Virus record (IMG/VR): IMGVR_UViG_2923682817_000001
Span: 32,001-96,000 of that record
Direction: 5' to 3' (one strand)
Source: a virus
Taxonomy: Duplodnaviria > Caudoviricetes
DNA: 64,000 bases
This document shows positions 53,443 to 62,619 of the stretch, one piece after another (within the stretch, counting starts at the first letter, position 1; every line of letters begins with the position of its first letter). The position numbers and the translations under genes are program-made. The notes below the pieces were generated by a model. It had not been told where the DNA came from. It saw nothing but the letters and a program-made list of their open reading frames with translations, and searched no databases.

Positions 53443-55019
53443 CCACTTAGCACCACAGACAGATGTTCCGTCAAGGAGGTCACATCATCTATGATCGTGC
53501 CCGTCTCATCAGCACCAACTCCGTCTACGACGGCACTTCCGACACGTGCCCGCAGGTCGAGACGCTGATACGAGCGCTCCTCGACGGAATCCCGCGTGAT
53601 CAAGTCCGAGACCATCACGATTTTGTTACGGGATCCAGCTCTCACGTGGCGGTGGTTGATCTGCGCACGCTGTCCCGCGCTTCTGGCCGGGTCCAGATTG
53701 ATTAGGTGCGTAGCCGCCGGGATGTCGACACCGTAGGCACCAGCGTGGGACATAAGAAACAAGCGCGCTTCCGGCCGATCTTGGAACCGGTTGACCGAAG
53801 CTTGTTTCTCACTCGGGTTCATCCCTCCGTGGTAGAACACGTGTTCGTGTTCCTCGAAGATACGCCCCAACTTCGCCAAAAGCGAGCGGAAACGCGTCAC
53901 AAGAATCACCTTTTCGGACGGGTCCGAAAGAATCGCTTCAACCTCGGCGCGCAGCCGGACCAACTTGGCCGACTCCGGTAGCCCTTCCAGCACTCCGGAG
54001 GCGACCAGATTTCGGACATAAGACGACTCGCTATCGACCATCATCTCGGGGTCGGTAATGAGCTGCTGAGCAGCCAAGTGCACGGCCATCACACGACCGG
54101 CGGGGGTGTTTTCATCGGTGCCGGAGTAGTGCGCTCCGACGTCGAACCCTGTCTTGGTCGGCATCTGCGCCAGCTCGGCCGCCAAGTCCGCGGCGATCAA
54201 CTTGTAGACCGCGGCCGTGGCCGGCTCCATGGTGACCGACCAGGTCCGGTGGTCGATCTTCGGCATGTACGGCGCAACGTCAGGGTCCGTGGTCCGCTTG
54301 CGGATCAGCGCCGGCGAGACTTTGGCGTGCAGGGTCGGGGTGTTGCGATACCCCTTGACCGAGCCCCAGTCGTCGCGGTCGATGTAGGCCTGGTCGAAGA
54401 TCCTCGCGGCGTCGGGGTCGTCGGGGTCGCCCAGCACGCTCTGGTCGACCCACCCCATCAGCTGGAACAGCTCTTCCAACCGGTTGTCCACCGGCGTCCC
54501 GGTCAGCGCCAGCCGATAGCCGGCGTCCAGCTGACGGACGGCCTGGGTGATGTCAGCCGACGGGTTTTTGATCGCCGTGGCCTCGTCCAAGATGATCAGG
54601 CCCGGCCGCATCCGGCGGATCGTGCGCAGCTCCGCGACCACGGTCTTGTAGCCGGCGATGACGTACTGCGGGCGCAGCTCTTTGATGAGTCCGTACTGCT
54701 CGCGCCGCTTGGCCGGGCCGCCGTCGATCACCACGGCGTAGCGCTCTTCGGGGATCTGGAAGACCTCGCCCTTGGCGGTGATCTCCCGGGTGGCTACGTC
54801 GGTGCGCGCGGCCAACGCGACCGCCCACTGAATTTTCAGCCCCGATGGCACGACGATCAGGGCTTGGTCGATCTCCCCGGAGCCCAGCAGCTCCTCGGCC
54901 GCGGCGATGCTCGTGATCGTCTTGCCCAGGCCCATGTCGTAGGCCAGCAGCAGGGAACGACGCTCCAGCAGGCGGTCGACGGCGACATCCTGATACGGAT
55001 GCAAGGGGATCGTCAGCAC
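53439..55019 (-). CDS. SNF2-family helicase
   Basis: DMGLGKT, ILDEAT.IKN, ALTGTP.DN, helicase C domain. Confidence 0.9.
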   Translation of the reverse strand: MLTIPLHPYQDVAVDRLLERRSLLLAYDMGLGKTITSIAAAEELLGSGEIDQALIVVPSGLKIQWAVALAARTDVATREITAKGEVFQIPEERYAVVIDGGPAKRREQYGLIKELRPQYVIAGYKTVVAELRTIRRMRPGLIILDEATAIKNPSADITQAVRQLDAGYRLALTGTPVDNRLEELFQLMGWVDQSVLGDPDDPDAARIFDQAYIDRDDWGSVKGYRNTPTLHAKVSPALIRKRTTDPDVAPYMPKIDHRTWSVTMEPATAAVYKLIAADLAAELAQMPTKTGFDVGAHYSGTDENTPAGRVMAVHLAAQQLITDPEMMVDSESSYVRNLVASGVLEGLPESAKLVRLRAEVEAILSDPSEKVILVTRFRSLLAKLGRIFEEHEHVFYHGGMNPSEKQASVNRFQDRPEARLFLMSHAGAYGVDIPAATHLINLDPARSAGQRAQINHRHVRAGSRNKIVMVSDLITRDSVEERSYQRLDLRARVGSAVVDGVGADETGTIIDDVTSLTEHLSVVLSG

Positions 55020-55058
55020 ACCCCTTACCAGCAGCGCATCCGAACTGCGGGTATTCCC

Positions 55059-56078
55059 TCAGCGCAGCAGGTAGGGCATCAACGAGGCCGGGACGGTCAG
55101 ATCAGTCAGGCGGATCAGCTCGGCGTCCGACAGGTCGCCCGGGTCCAGGCCTTCGGGGTCGTCGCAGTCGAGCAGGTTGCGGTAGTCGACGGAGGAGATC
55201 CCGATTCGGTGGCGCCAAGCGGCGGCGGCCTTGTCGCGGTACTGGCGGCCGGGGCCGTCGTTGTCCAGGAACAGCACCACGTGCTGGGTGCGCTCCAGCA
55301 TCAGCTGCATCTGTGCGTCCGAGATCGACGCGCCGTAGCTGGCCACCACGTTCTCAATGCCGGCCGATGCCAACCGTACGGCGTCCAGGGGCGACTCCAC
55401 CACGATGATGCGCGAGCACCCGTAGGTGATGGTGTGCAGGCCGAACAGGGTGTGTGACTTCTTCAGACCCTTAGGCCGGTTACGGAAGTAGCGGGCGTTC
55501 TTCTCCTGCCAGCCAAGCAGAACGTCGTTTTCGTCGCGGACCGGGGTAATCCACAGCTCCTCGGTCGGCTCCCACAGCACGCCGTAGCTGGCGCACGCCT
55601 TGGCGGTCAGGTTGCGGTCGTCCAGGGCCTCGCGCGGCGGTGGGATGTACAGCGCCAGCGACGCCTCGTTGATCTGCTGGGTGGTGTCGATGGTCGCCGG
55701 CGTCTTCTTCGCCATGAGCCGCTCGACCTGGCGGATTGTGCCCCGGGCGCGGATCCAGGACACGGCCTCGGCTCTGTCGACCTTGAGCACGTAGGCCACC
55801 AGGTCACCGAAGGTGCCCTTGAATCCGCAGCTGAAGCAGGCGAACAGCCCTGATCCGATGTTCACCGAAAACGACGGGTGGCGGTCCTCGCGGCCGAGAA
55901 ACTCCATGTGCGCCGGGCACCGGCACGTCGCCTCTCCCGAATCGTCCACGCGCAGCACGTCCAGGCCAAGCTCCTCCATACAGGCCACAGGGTCGCCGGG
56001 CACGACGTTCGTGACGTGGCCCCAGCCGGATCTGATCGCCGGCCCGGCTGGGCGGCGGCGCGGTCGCCTACCAGCCAT
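55059..56078 (-). CDS. dnaG: DNA primase (Zn finger + TOPRIM)
   Basis: CPAH..PSFS..CFSC; VVES.LD; LDNDGPG; DPGD. Confidence 0.88.
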   Translation of the reverse strand: MAGRRPRRRPAGPAIRSGWGHVTNVVPGDPVACMEELGLDVLRVDDSGEATCRCPAHMEFLGREDRHPSFSVNIGSGLFACFSCGFKGTFGDLVAYVLKVDRAEAVSWIRARGTIRQVERLMAKKTPATIDTTQQINEASLALYIPPPREALDDRNLTAKACASYGVLWEPTEELWITPVRDENDVLLGWQEKNARYFRNRPKGLKKSHTLFGLHTITYGCSRIIVVESPLDAVRLASAGIENVVASYGASISDAQMQLMLERTQHVVLFLDNDGPGRQYRDKAAAAWRHRIGISSVDYRNLLDCDDPEGLDPGDLSDAELIRLTDLTVPASLMPYLLR

Positions 56079-57321
56079 CGCTGCCGCCCTCGTATCCGTC
56101 GCCGCCAAACGGGTTGTACTCCAGCTCCTCAAACTTCACCGGCTCCCACGTCCACGTGTAATAGGCCTCCATCGGGGAGGCGTTACGGCCGGCAAGGAGC
56201 TTCATCAAGGTGATGTTCGGGTCGTCGGTCTGCTGCACGCCGATGACCGCGTCCGAGTCCTGAACGAAGCTGGAGCTGTAGCCGATGGAGTAGGTCGTCA
56301 GCTTCTTGCCGTTCATCTTGCTTTCCAGGGCCTGGGTCGCGATGACGATGGGCTTTTCGAGCTGCTGGGCCAGGCGTTTCATGCCGCGGGTGATGTTGGT
56401 CAGCGCCTGCGATGATCCGCTGGGCTCTCCTTCCTCGTCCTGCATCATGTAGACGCCGTCCACGTAGACGATGTCCGGGTCCAATTTTTCGATCTTGGTT
56501 CGCAGGCCGGTCAGGGTGGTGACCGAGCTCGTGTCCTGGGACATGTGGAAGCTCGGCAGGTTCTGACTTGCTCGGACGGAACGTTCCAACAGCTTCCACT
56601 CGGCCGGCTTGAGTGTGCCGTTGCGCAGCCGCTTGTGGGAGATGCCGGCGCGGATGGCGTCCAGGCGCTCCCACTGCTCACGGTTGCTCATCTCGAACCC
56701 GACGAACAAGGGCTCCTTGCCCGAGTCGTTGGCGGCCTTGGCCATCAGCAGCATGGACGTCGACTTGCCGGTTTTCGGCGGGCCGACGAACGTGATCAGC
56801 TGTCCCGGCTCGAACCCCTGTAGCGCAAGATCGATCGCCGGGAACCCGCTGGGGATGCCACGCAGCCGGCCGTCCAGTGCATCCAGCTCCCGGTAGTGGG
56901 TCAGGCGCTCGTCACCATTGGTCGACAGGTCGATGTCGTAGGCGGTCGGCGTGGTCCGGGCGATCTCGGCCAGCACGGCCGCCAGCCGGGCAGTGGTCGC
57001 CGCGGTGTCGCGCCGGATATGGGACTGGGCCGCATCCGTGATCGCGGCCTCCAGCATGACCAGCTGGCGGTGCTCGCGCATCTGGTCGACCAGGTACGGC
57101 AGCCCCTCGGGCGTCGCCAAAAGCTTGTAAGTCGGATAGTCCCGCTTGACCGCGGCGAGGGTGGGCACGTTGCCGTAGCGGCCCTTGTGGTCCACGATCA
57201 TCGACCAGACCCTCGCCGAGGACGGGTCGGCGAACCACCCGGGGGTGATCCCGGCTTCTGCGGCCGGCGCGAGGTCTGCTGACTCGATGACCTTGGAGAT
57301 CAGCAGGCGCTCGGTGTCCAT
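56068..57321 (-). CDS. dnaB: replicative helicase
   Basis: GPPKTGKS, FEMS, YVDG, QDSD. Confidence 0.9.
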   Translation of the reverse strand: MDTERLLISKVIESADLAPAAEAGITPGWFADPSSARVWSMIVDHKGRYGNVPTLAAVKRDYPTYKLLATPEGLPYLVDQMREHRQLVMLEAAITDAAQSHIRRDTAATTARLAAVLAEIARTTPTAYDIDLSTNGDERLTHYRELDALDGRLRGIPSGFPAIDLALQGFEPGQLITFVGPPKTGKSTSMLLMAKAANDSGKEPLFVGFEMSNREQWERLDAIRAGISHKRLRNGTLKPAEWKLLERSVRASQNLPSFHMSQDTSSVTTLTGLRTKIEKLDPDIVYVDGVYMMQDEEGEPSGSSQALTNITRGMKRLAQQLEKPIVIATQALESKMNGKKLTTYSIGYSSSFVQDSDAVIGVQQTDDPNITLMKLLAGRNASPMEAYYTWTWEPVKFEELEYNPFGGDGYEGGSDGW

Positions 57322-57764
57322 CAGTAGCGTCCTATCTGGGTGATCGTCTCGGGGGTGATCACGCGGCCCCTGCTGCCGTACATCAGCGCGTGCTTGGGGT
57401 CGGGGGTGTATACGGCCGTGACGTACGGCATGGAGATCAGCCGGCGGGCCAGGTAGCGGGGGTCGTAGGTCCAGACCCGGCGCACGGGCACCTGTTCGTT
57501 GTCCAGCCGATCGCCGAGCGCGCGGGCGAACTCCCGCGGCCCGGTGGTGACCACGTCGATCTCCTGATGCAGCCGCCACGTCAAGTCGATGATCACCTTG
57601 ATCACCAGGTCATCGAGGTCCCATAGGTCCGCAGCCTGTTCCCAACGGCGGAGCCTGCGGGCCACCAGATACATGCGCCGTGAGGTCAACTTGGCGCCCA
57701 ACAGCCCCTCAAACTCGATCAGCAGGCGCGGGGAAACCTCGTTGGAGATGTCGCCGTTTTTCAT
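57321..57764 (-). CDS. HAD-like conserved phage protein
   Basis: MKNGDISN..RLLIEFEGLL; ATGA-coupled. Confidence 0.65.
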   Translation of the reverse strand: MKNGDISNEVSPRLLIEFEGLLGAKLTSRRMYLVARRLRRWEQAADLWDLDDLVIKVIIDLTWRLHQEIDVVTTGPREFARALGDRLDNEQVPVRRVWTYDPRYLARRLISMPYVTAVYTPDPKHALMYGSRGRVITPETITQIGRY

Positions 57765-58255
57765 CGGATCCACGTCCTGCCAAGCTTGATCTCGCCGATG
57801 GTCAGGCGGTGGACGCCGTAGCGCGCGGCCAGTGCGGTGTTGGTCTCCGAGCTGGCGCGGATGGCTTCGACCTCGGGCCAGCCGAGCTTGGCTCCGCCGC
57901 GGTTTTTCGCGAAGCGGCCTCGGGCGACGCACTCGCGGATGTTGTCGGACTGGGTGCCGATGCTCAGGTGCAGCGGGTTGACGCAGTTGCGGACGTCGCA
58001 GGCGTGGCGAACGACCAGCCCCGCGGGGATCGGGCCGTGGAAAGCCCGGTAACTCCAGCGGTGGGTAAGGTCGCGCTCGTGGTCCACCATCATCTGGCCG
58101 TAGCCGTTGCGGGTCATGCCGACCTGGACCAGCCAGCAGCCACGGACGTGGTCGACGCGCATGTAGTCGAGCAGCTTGCGGCGGGCCTTGGCCAGCTTCC
58201 CGGTCTCCTCCACCAGCTCGGTGGCGACCATGGCGGCGGTCACCGGGTCACCCAC
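57761..58255 (-). CDS. HNH endonuclease with C-terminal HTH
   Basis: CW..GYG..HRWSY..GPIP..VRHACD...CVNPLHL..GT..DN; AKL..LA.RYGV. Confidence 0.9.
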   Translation of the reverse strand: MGDPVTAAMVATELVEETGKLAKARRKLLDYMRVDHVRGCWLVQVGMTRNGYGQMMVDHERDLTHRWSYRAFHGPIPAGLVVRHACDVRNCVNPLHLSIGTQSDNIRECVARGRFAKNRGGAKLGWPEVEAIRASSETNTALAARYGVHRLTIGEIKLGRTWIR

Positions 58256-58707
58256 GACTTGAAGGAACGGACGTCGCGGATGGTGACGCGGTGCACGCCG
58301 TACTCCTCGGCCAGCGCGGTGTCAGTGTTCGTGCTGGCGCGGATCAGCGCGACGGACTCCCAGGTGAGCTTGGCCCGGGGCCGGTTGGTGCGGCGCCGGT
58401 CGAACGCTACGCGCGTGCGGGGCTCGGCCTTGCGGGCGTACAGGTGCTCCGGCGCCACGCAGTTGTCGGTTCGGCAGGTGCGGAAAACGCGGTGGCCGGC
58501 GGGGATCGGGCCGAAGTAGATCCGGTAAGACCATCGGTGGGCCAGGTCGTAGTCGCGATTGACCATCAGCCGGCCGTAGGCGCGGCTGGCCCCGGTCGGC
58601 TTGACCAACCAGCAGCCGGTCGGGGTGCGCCTGTTGACCAGGTGCATTAGCCGGTTACGTGCCTTGCTGAGCAGGGGGTCGGTGGGGTCGAATTCGACGA
58701 TGTCCAT
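58240..58707 (-). CDS. HNH-like paralog, predicted catalytically dead
   Basis: Same scaffold but FRTCRTDNCVAPEHL (catalytic H and N replaced) and no DN helix. Confidence 0.75.
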   Translation of the reverse strand: MDIVEFDPTDPLLSKARNRLMHLVNRRTPTGCWLVKPTGASRAYGRLMVNRDYDLAHRWSYRIYFGPIPAGHRVFRTCRTDNCVAPEHLYARKAEPRTRVAFDRRRTNRPRAKLTWESVALIRASTNTDTALAEEYGVHRVTIRDVRSFKSWVTR

Positions 58708-58773
58708 CAGCAGAACTCCTTGGCGGGGGTGGTGAGGGGGTATGCGCGGGCGGTGACGGTGGTGTGGATGTGG

Positions 58774-59457
58774 TCAGCAGCCACGGCGCAGGTCCTTGCC
58801 GCCCAGGACGACCTCGTCAAACGCCTCGGAGGCGAACGAGGCCATTGACGGGTTGTAGAGCTTGGACCACCGTTCGAGCGGTTCGTTGGACGTGACGACG
58901 TTCAGCAGGCCGTTGCGGAAGCGCTGGCGCAGAAGTCGGTCCACCTCGTCGACCGCCATGTTGGAGGCGGTTCTGTGCTCCTTGCCGACGTCGTCGAAGA
59001 CGACCAGCGGGCTCTTGTAGACCCGCTGCTTGAGCTCGTGGATCTTCCAGTAGCGCTCGACGGCTTCCGGCACTCCGCGGTCGGCCTGCGGCTTGATGGA
59101 GTGCTGCTCGGCCAACACCGCGATGTAGTCGGCCATGGCGACGAAGAAGATGGCCGGGTTGTGCTGAATGTGGATTTCACTGGCCGTGGCGCAGGCCAAG
59201 GTGGTCTTGCCGCCGCCCCACGGGCCGATCAGGGCCAGTCCGCGGCCAATGAGGGGGCCGGCGGGCTCGTCCATGGGTTCGACCGCGAGGCGCTCGGGGA
59301 CGGTGGCCACGAAGTTGACCGCGGCGGTGTAGGCCTTGGCCGCGAGGTCGTTGTAGGGCTGCCAGTCAGCCAGGCGCAGGTGGCGGTACTTCATCGGGAT
59401 GCCGGCCACCGCCAGACGACGCCGGTAGAGCTCGGTGATGTACGGGGGGTGTGTCAC
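58774..59457 (-). CDS. DnaC/IstB-like AAA+ helicase loader
   Basis: GPWGGGKTT, VVFDDVGKE, VTSN. Confidence 0.85.
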   Translation of the reverse strand: MTHPPYITELYRRRLAVAGIPMKYRHLRLADWQPYNDLAAKAYTAAVNFVATVPERLAVEPMDEPAGPLIGRGLALIGPWGGGKTTLACATASEIHIQHNPAIFFVAMADYIAVLAEQHSIKPQADRGVPEAVERYWKIHELKQRVYKSPLVVFDDVGKEHRTASNMAVDEVDRLLRQRFRNGLLNVVTSNEPLERWSKLYNPSMASFASEAFDEVVLGGKDLRRGC

Positions 59458-60521
59458 TGGGAACTCCAGTCGTCCGGATTGAAGTCGTAAGTGCCGTCTG
59501 AGGCGCTGTGAGGCTCCTGGGAGGTCCAGGCGGCCGGATTGAAGGTTTCGGGCCGGCCCGCATCTACGGCAGCGGCTCCGGCTGCGTGGGCGGCCAGCAG
59601 AGCCCGCTTGGCGAGGAAGTCGACCCAAGGGATTGCCCGGGGGTTGCGGAAGCCGGCCACGGAGACGTAGGCGTCGACCATCCGGCGGATTTCGTCGGGG
59701 CTGATCCCTTGGTTCTTCCACCGGTTGAGGGTGGCCGCGAGCTTGGTCCGGTTGGCCACGTCGGTGAACAGCAGGCGGCTAACGCCTCCCCCGCCGCTCT
59801 CGGCGCGGCCGAGGTCGACAACGGCCTTGGCGAAGTACGTCGCCAGGCCCATACCGGTGTCGGGGCCAGGCTCACGGAGCTGGCGCGCAGGCTTGTCTCG
59901 GCGTGCGCCTTCGGGGAGCTCGTCGTCGGTGAAGAGGAACCGGGCAGGGTCGAGCTCGGCGTCGGCCGCGTCGGCCTTGCGTGCGGCTTCGGCCTTGGTC
60001 GTCTTCCCGTTCCGCCGAGCCGAAGGCGCGGCGCTATAGGAGTACGAAGTACTCCTATAGGTAGTTATCTTTCTATTGGGTCCAGATTCTGGACTAGTTC
60101 GGATTTCACCGGCCTCTGGATCCGAACTCTGTGCAGCCTCCTCCCCAACAGGTCCAGATTCTGGACTAGTTGGGATTTCCCCGCCGCCGACGGGGGTCCG
60201 GTACTCCGGCGCCGGGCAATTCTCGTCCCAGAACTCCACCGGCGTGATCCGACGGACGACCGACATATAACCGTCGGCCGCGGCCGGCCACTCGGTCTGG
60301 GCCACTTCCTGAATGACTCCCCTGTCGGCCAGCTTGGCCAGGGCTCCGTAGACCGCGGACCGGGAGGCCCGAACCTGCTTGGCCAGGGCGTCCACGCCGA
60401 GCCAGGTCATCCGGTGGTCGTAGCCGGCGGAGTTGGCCAGCCGCAGCAGGACTAGCAGTTCAACGCCTTTGATTTCCCGCGGCGCTTTATGCCAGACCTC
60501 GGATTCGATTTCATTTGCCAA
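59454..60521 (-). CDS. replication initiator (N-terminal wHTH)
   Basis: LLRLAN..LA.....SRSAV..AL.KL...G; upstream of loader/helicase/primase; internal iterons. Confidence 0.75.
   Translation of the reverse strand: MANEIESEVWHKAPREIKGVELLVLLRLANSAGYDHRMTWLGVDALAKQVRASRSAVYGALAKLADRGVIQEVAQTEWPAAADGYMSVVRRITPVEFWDENCPAPEYRTPVGGGEIPTSPESGPVGEEAAQSSDPEAGEIRTSPESGPNRKITTYRSTSYSYSAAPSARRNGKTTKAEAARKADAADAELDPARFLFTDDELPEGARRDKPARQLREPGPDTGMGLATYFAKAVVDLGRAESGGGGVSRLLFTDVANRTKLAATLNRWKNQGISPDEIRRMVDAYVSVAGFRNPRAIPWVDFLAKRALLAAHAAGAAAVDAGRPETFNPAAWTSQEPHSASDGTYDFNPDDWSSQ
60040..60180. repeat. putative origin: two 29-bp iterons + adjacent AT-rich tract
   Basis: GGTCCAGATTCTGGACTAGTTSGGATTTC at 60079-60107 and 60151-60179; AT-rich 60040-60078. 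Confidence 0.7.
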
Positions 60522-60663
60522 CTGCGGGTCCTTCTACTTGCTACGGAATTCGCGTTATTCAAGGGGTTCCGGTATGTTCTTCATCACCGGCGCTGCTACG
60601 GGCGCCGAACCCCTCGCGGTGGGTTTCCCGGTTCCCGCCCACTCGCGAGCGCGTGGTGGTGAT

Positions 60664-60704
60664 GAAAGGCCCTGGCCGTGCCCCTTCCCTCGGCCAGGGC
60701 CTTT
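60664..60704 (-). terminator. terminator
   Basis: GAAAGGCCCTGGCCG...CGGCCAGGGCCTTTC. Confidence 0.75.
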
Positions 60705-60709
60705 CTCTG

Positions 60710-61768
60710 TTACTCCATCTCGGCGAATTCCTTCTTGATCCGCTCGAATTCCGAACGCGGGATCGTGTCCTTCGCCTCGCCCTTGCGCGGACGGCCGCGG
60801 CCACTGATCAGGCGGATGGACCCCTTGGCCTCGTCGATGTAGACATCGACCATGTCCGCGTCGATGTCGCGGGCCTTGCCGCGCCGCCTGGCCGCGGGAG
60901 CGGGCTCCTCCTGGGCGGGCTCAGGGTCGGGCGTCGGAGCCTCGCCCAGCGCGTTGACCAGCTTCTGCATGTGGTAGCGGACGGCCTTGGTGAGGGGCCT
61001 GTAGACAACGCCGGTCAGGTGGTTGGCGGCGTTGGCGCGGTCCTGGTAGGTGAGGAGCTCGAAGACGAACGCGAGCGTGACCTGAAGGTCGGGAATGTTC
61101 TGCTCGTCGTCGGCCGGCTGCGGGTCGACGTAGCCGGGCAGTTCGGCCTGAGCCTCGTCGCCGGCACCGAGCTCGATCTCCGGCTCGGTGAGCTCGATCT
61201 GCTCGGCGTCCTTCTTCTTCTTCTTCTTGGCCGGCGGCTCGTCCTCCTCCTCGTCGTCCTCCTCCTCGTCGTCGTCGTCGAAGCCGAGGTCGTCCAGGCC
61301 CATGGTGAGGTCCTTGGCCTTCACCCCAGCGGCGGCGGCCAGGTCCAGCAAACGCTGGGTGTGCTCGTCGGGGGCGTCGTCACTGTCGCCCCAGGCCAGC
61401 AGCAGGTACGCCTCGTGGCCGTCCGCGACGGCATCGGCCAGGATCTTGACCAGGTGCTCGGCAACGTCCTGGCCGTCCTCGCCGATCTCGTCGTCAGCGT
61501 CGGACAGGATCGGCTTTCCCTTGCGGCCGGGGTTGCCGCCGGTGACGGCGATGTAGCCCACGTCCTCGAACTCCTCCAGCCACTTGGCGGTCTCCAGGAC
61601 GGCCGTGGTGGTCAGCGCGCGGTCGGCCGGGAGGTAGACGGCGAACTCGCGGGCCTCGTCGGTGTCGACCAGCAGGAAATCGGACAGGAGATCGTCGATG
61701 TGGCTGCCGGTAATGGGAGCAGCGCCGGCCACAGCCAGAATGACCATCGGTTCCTCATCAGATGCCAC
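60710..61768 (-). CDS. acidic protein with C-terminal AT-hook (GRGRPRK)
   Basis: AAGGA RBS + GTG; poly-D/E then poly-K; RGRPR. Confidence 0.8.
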   Translation of the reverse strand: MASDEEPMVILAVAGAAPITGSHIDDLLSDFLLVDTDEAREFAVYLPADRALTTTAVLETAKWLEEFEDVGYIAVTGGNPGRKGKPILSDADDEIGEDGQDVAEHLVKILADAVADGHEAYLLLAWGDSDDAPDEHTQRLLDLAAAAGVKAKDLTMGLDDLGFDDDDEEEDDEEEDEPPAKKKKKKDAEQIELTEPEIELGAGDEAQAELPGYVDPQPADDEQNIPDLQVTLAFVFELLTYQDRANAANHLTGVVYRPLTKAVRYHMQKLVNALGEAPTPDPEPAQEEPAPAARRRGKARDIDADMVDVYIDEAKGSIRLISGRGRPRKGEAKDTIPRSEFERIKKEFAEME

Positions 61769-61819
61769 GTAAAGGTCCTTTTCGCGGGGTCGTTTTCGGG
61801 GTGACCAAAGCATCCGATG

Positions 61820-61853
61820 CATCCCAACTAGGGGCGCAACTCATATCCCAACT
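61820..61853. promoter_or_regulatory. tandem ATCCCAACT boxes upstream of the replication operon
   Basis: 61821-61829 and 61845-61853. Confidence 0.55.
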
Positions 61854-61893
61854 GCGAACGAGAAATAATCTGGGAAAATGTGAACTTGGGAGG

Positions 61894-62196
61894 CTACGGG
61901 AGGTCGGGGATCCGCGACGGCTTGGCCGGTCGGGACGCGCGCAGACGCTCCAGCAGCGACGGCGAAGGCGCCGTCTGGATCCGCTCGGGGACAGCGAGCC
62001 GGGCGAACAGCAGCCGGACGGCCGCGACCACGGCCGCGGCGTTCAGCGCGAGCAGGGCGACCGGCGGGGCGAAGGTGAGCCCGTAGCAGACGGCGATGAC
62101 GAGCAGCGGCTGGAGCGCAGCGACCACGGCCGTGACCGCGCGAATGGCTTCGTACACCATCCACGCGGCCACGCCGACCTGCAGAATCTGAATCAC
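61894..62196 (-). CDS. membrane protein
   Basis: Hydrophobic N-half; GTGA-coupled to the holin. Confidence 0.65.
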   Translation of the reverse strand: MIQILQVGVAAWMVYEAIRAVTAVVAALQPLLVIAVCYGLTFAPPVALLALNAAAVVAAVRLLFARLAVPERIQTAPSPSLLERLRASRPAKPSRIPDLP

Positions 62197-62519
62197 GCGG
62201 CCAGGTCCACGCGGTCCTTGACCAGCGCGCCCTGAGCGGCGGCGGTCAGGCCCGAGGGCTTCCACACCCGGTCGTGGGCGGCCTGCGCGGCCAGGAAAGC
62301 ACCCACGGCGACCAGGAGAGCGGTCCGCCAGTCGAAGCTCTGCCCGGCGCCGGCAGCCTGCTCCCAGGCGACCAGGAAGCCATCCAGGGCGGACAGGGCG
62401 GTCAGCAGCAGGCCCTTGGTGGTGCCGCTCCAGGACGCCTTGGTGACCAGGCCGACGACCAGGGAAAGGGCCGGGCCGACGACTAAGCCGAGAATGAGAA
62501 CGAGATCAAAACCAGCCAC
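62193..62519 (-). CDS. holin-like protein
   Basis: 3 TM segments; LVVGLVTKASW..K..LL..FDW..WKP. Confidence 0.7.
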   Translation of the reverse strand: MAGFDLVLILGLVVGPALSLVVGLVTKASWSGTTKGLLLTALSALDGFLVAWEQAAGAGQSFDWRTALLVAVGAFLAAQAAHDRVWKPSGLTAAAQGALVKDRVDLAA

Positions 62520-62619
62520 TGCAATAACTCCTCGCGAGAGAGTTGGTATTTCCCCCAGAGAATTCCGGGGGTACCAATAGACGCTAGGAGATAATGCGAT
62601 CCGATTTGTAATTGAGCAT

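Noticed and set aside
58774-59457. IstB ATPase of an IS21 element
   Set aside because: No IstA transposase or terminal inverted repeats; context between initiator and DnaB indicates a helicase loader
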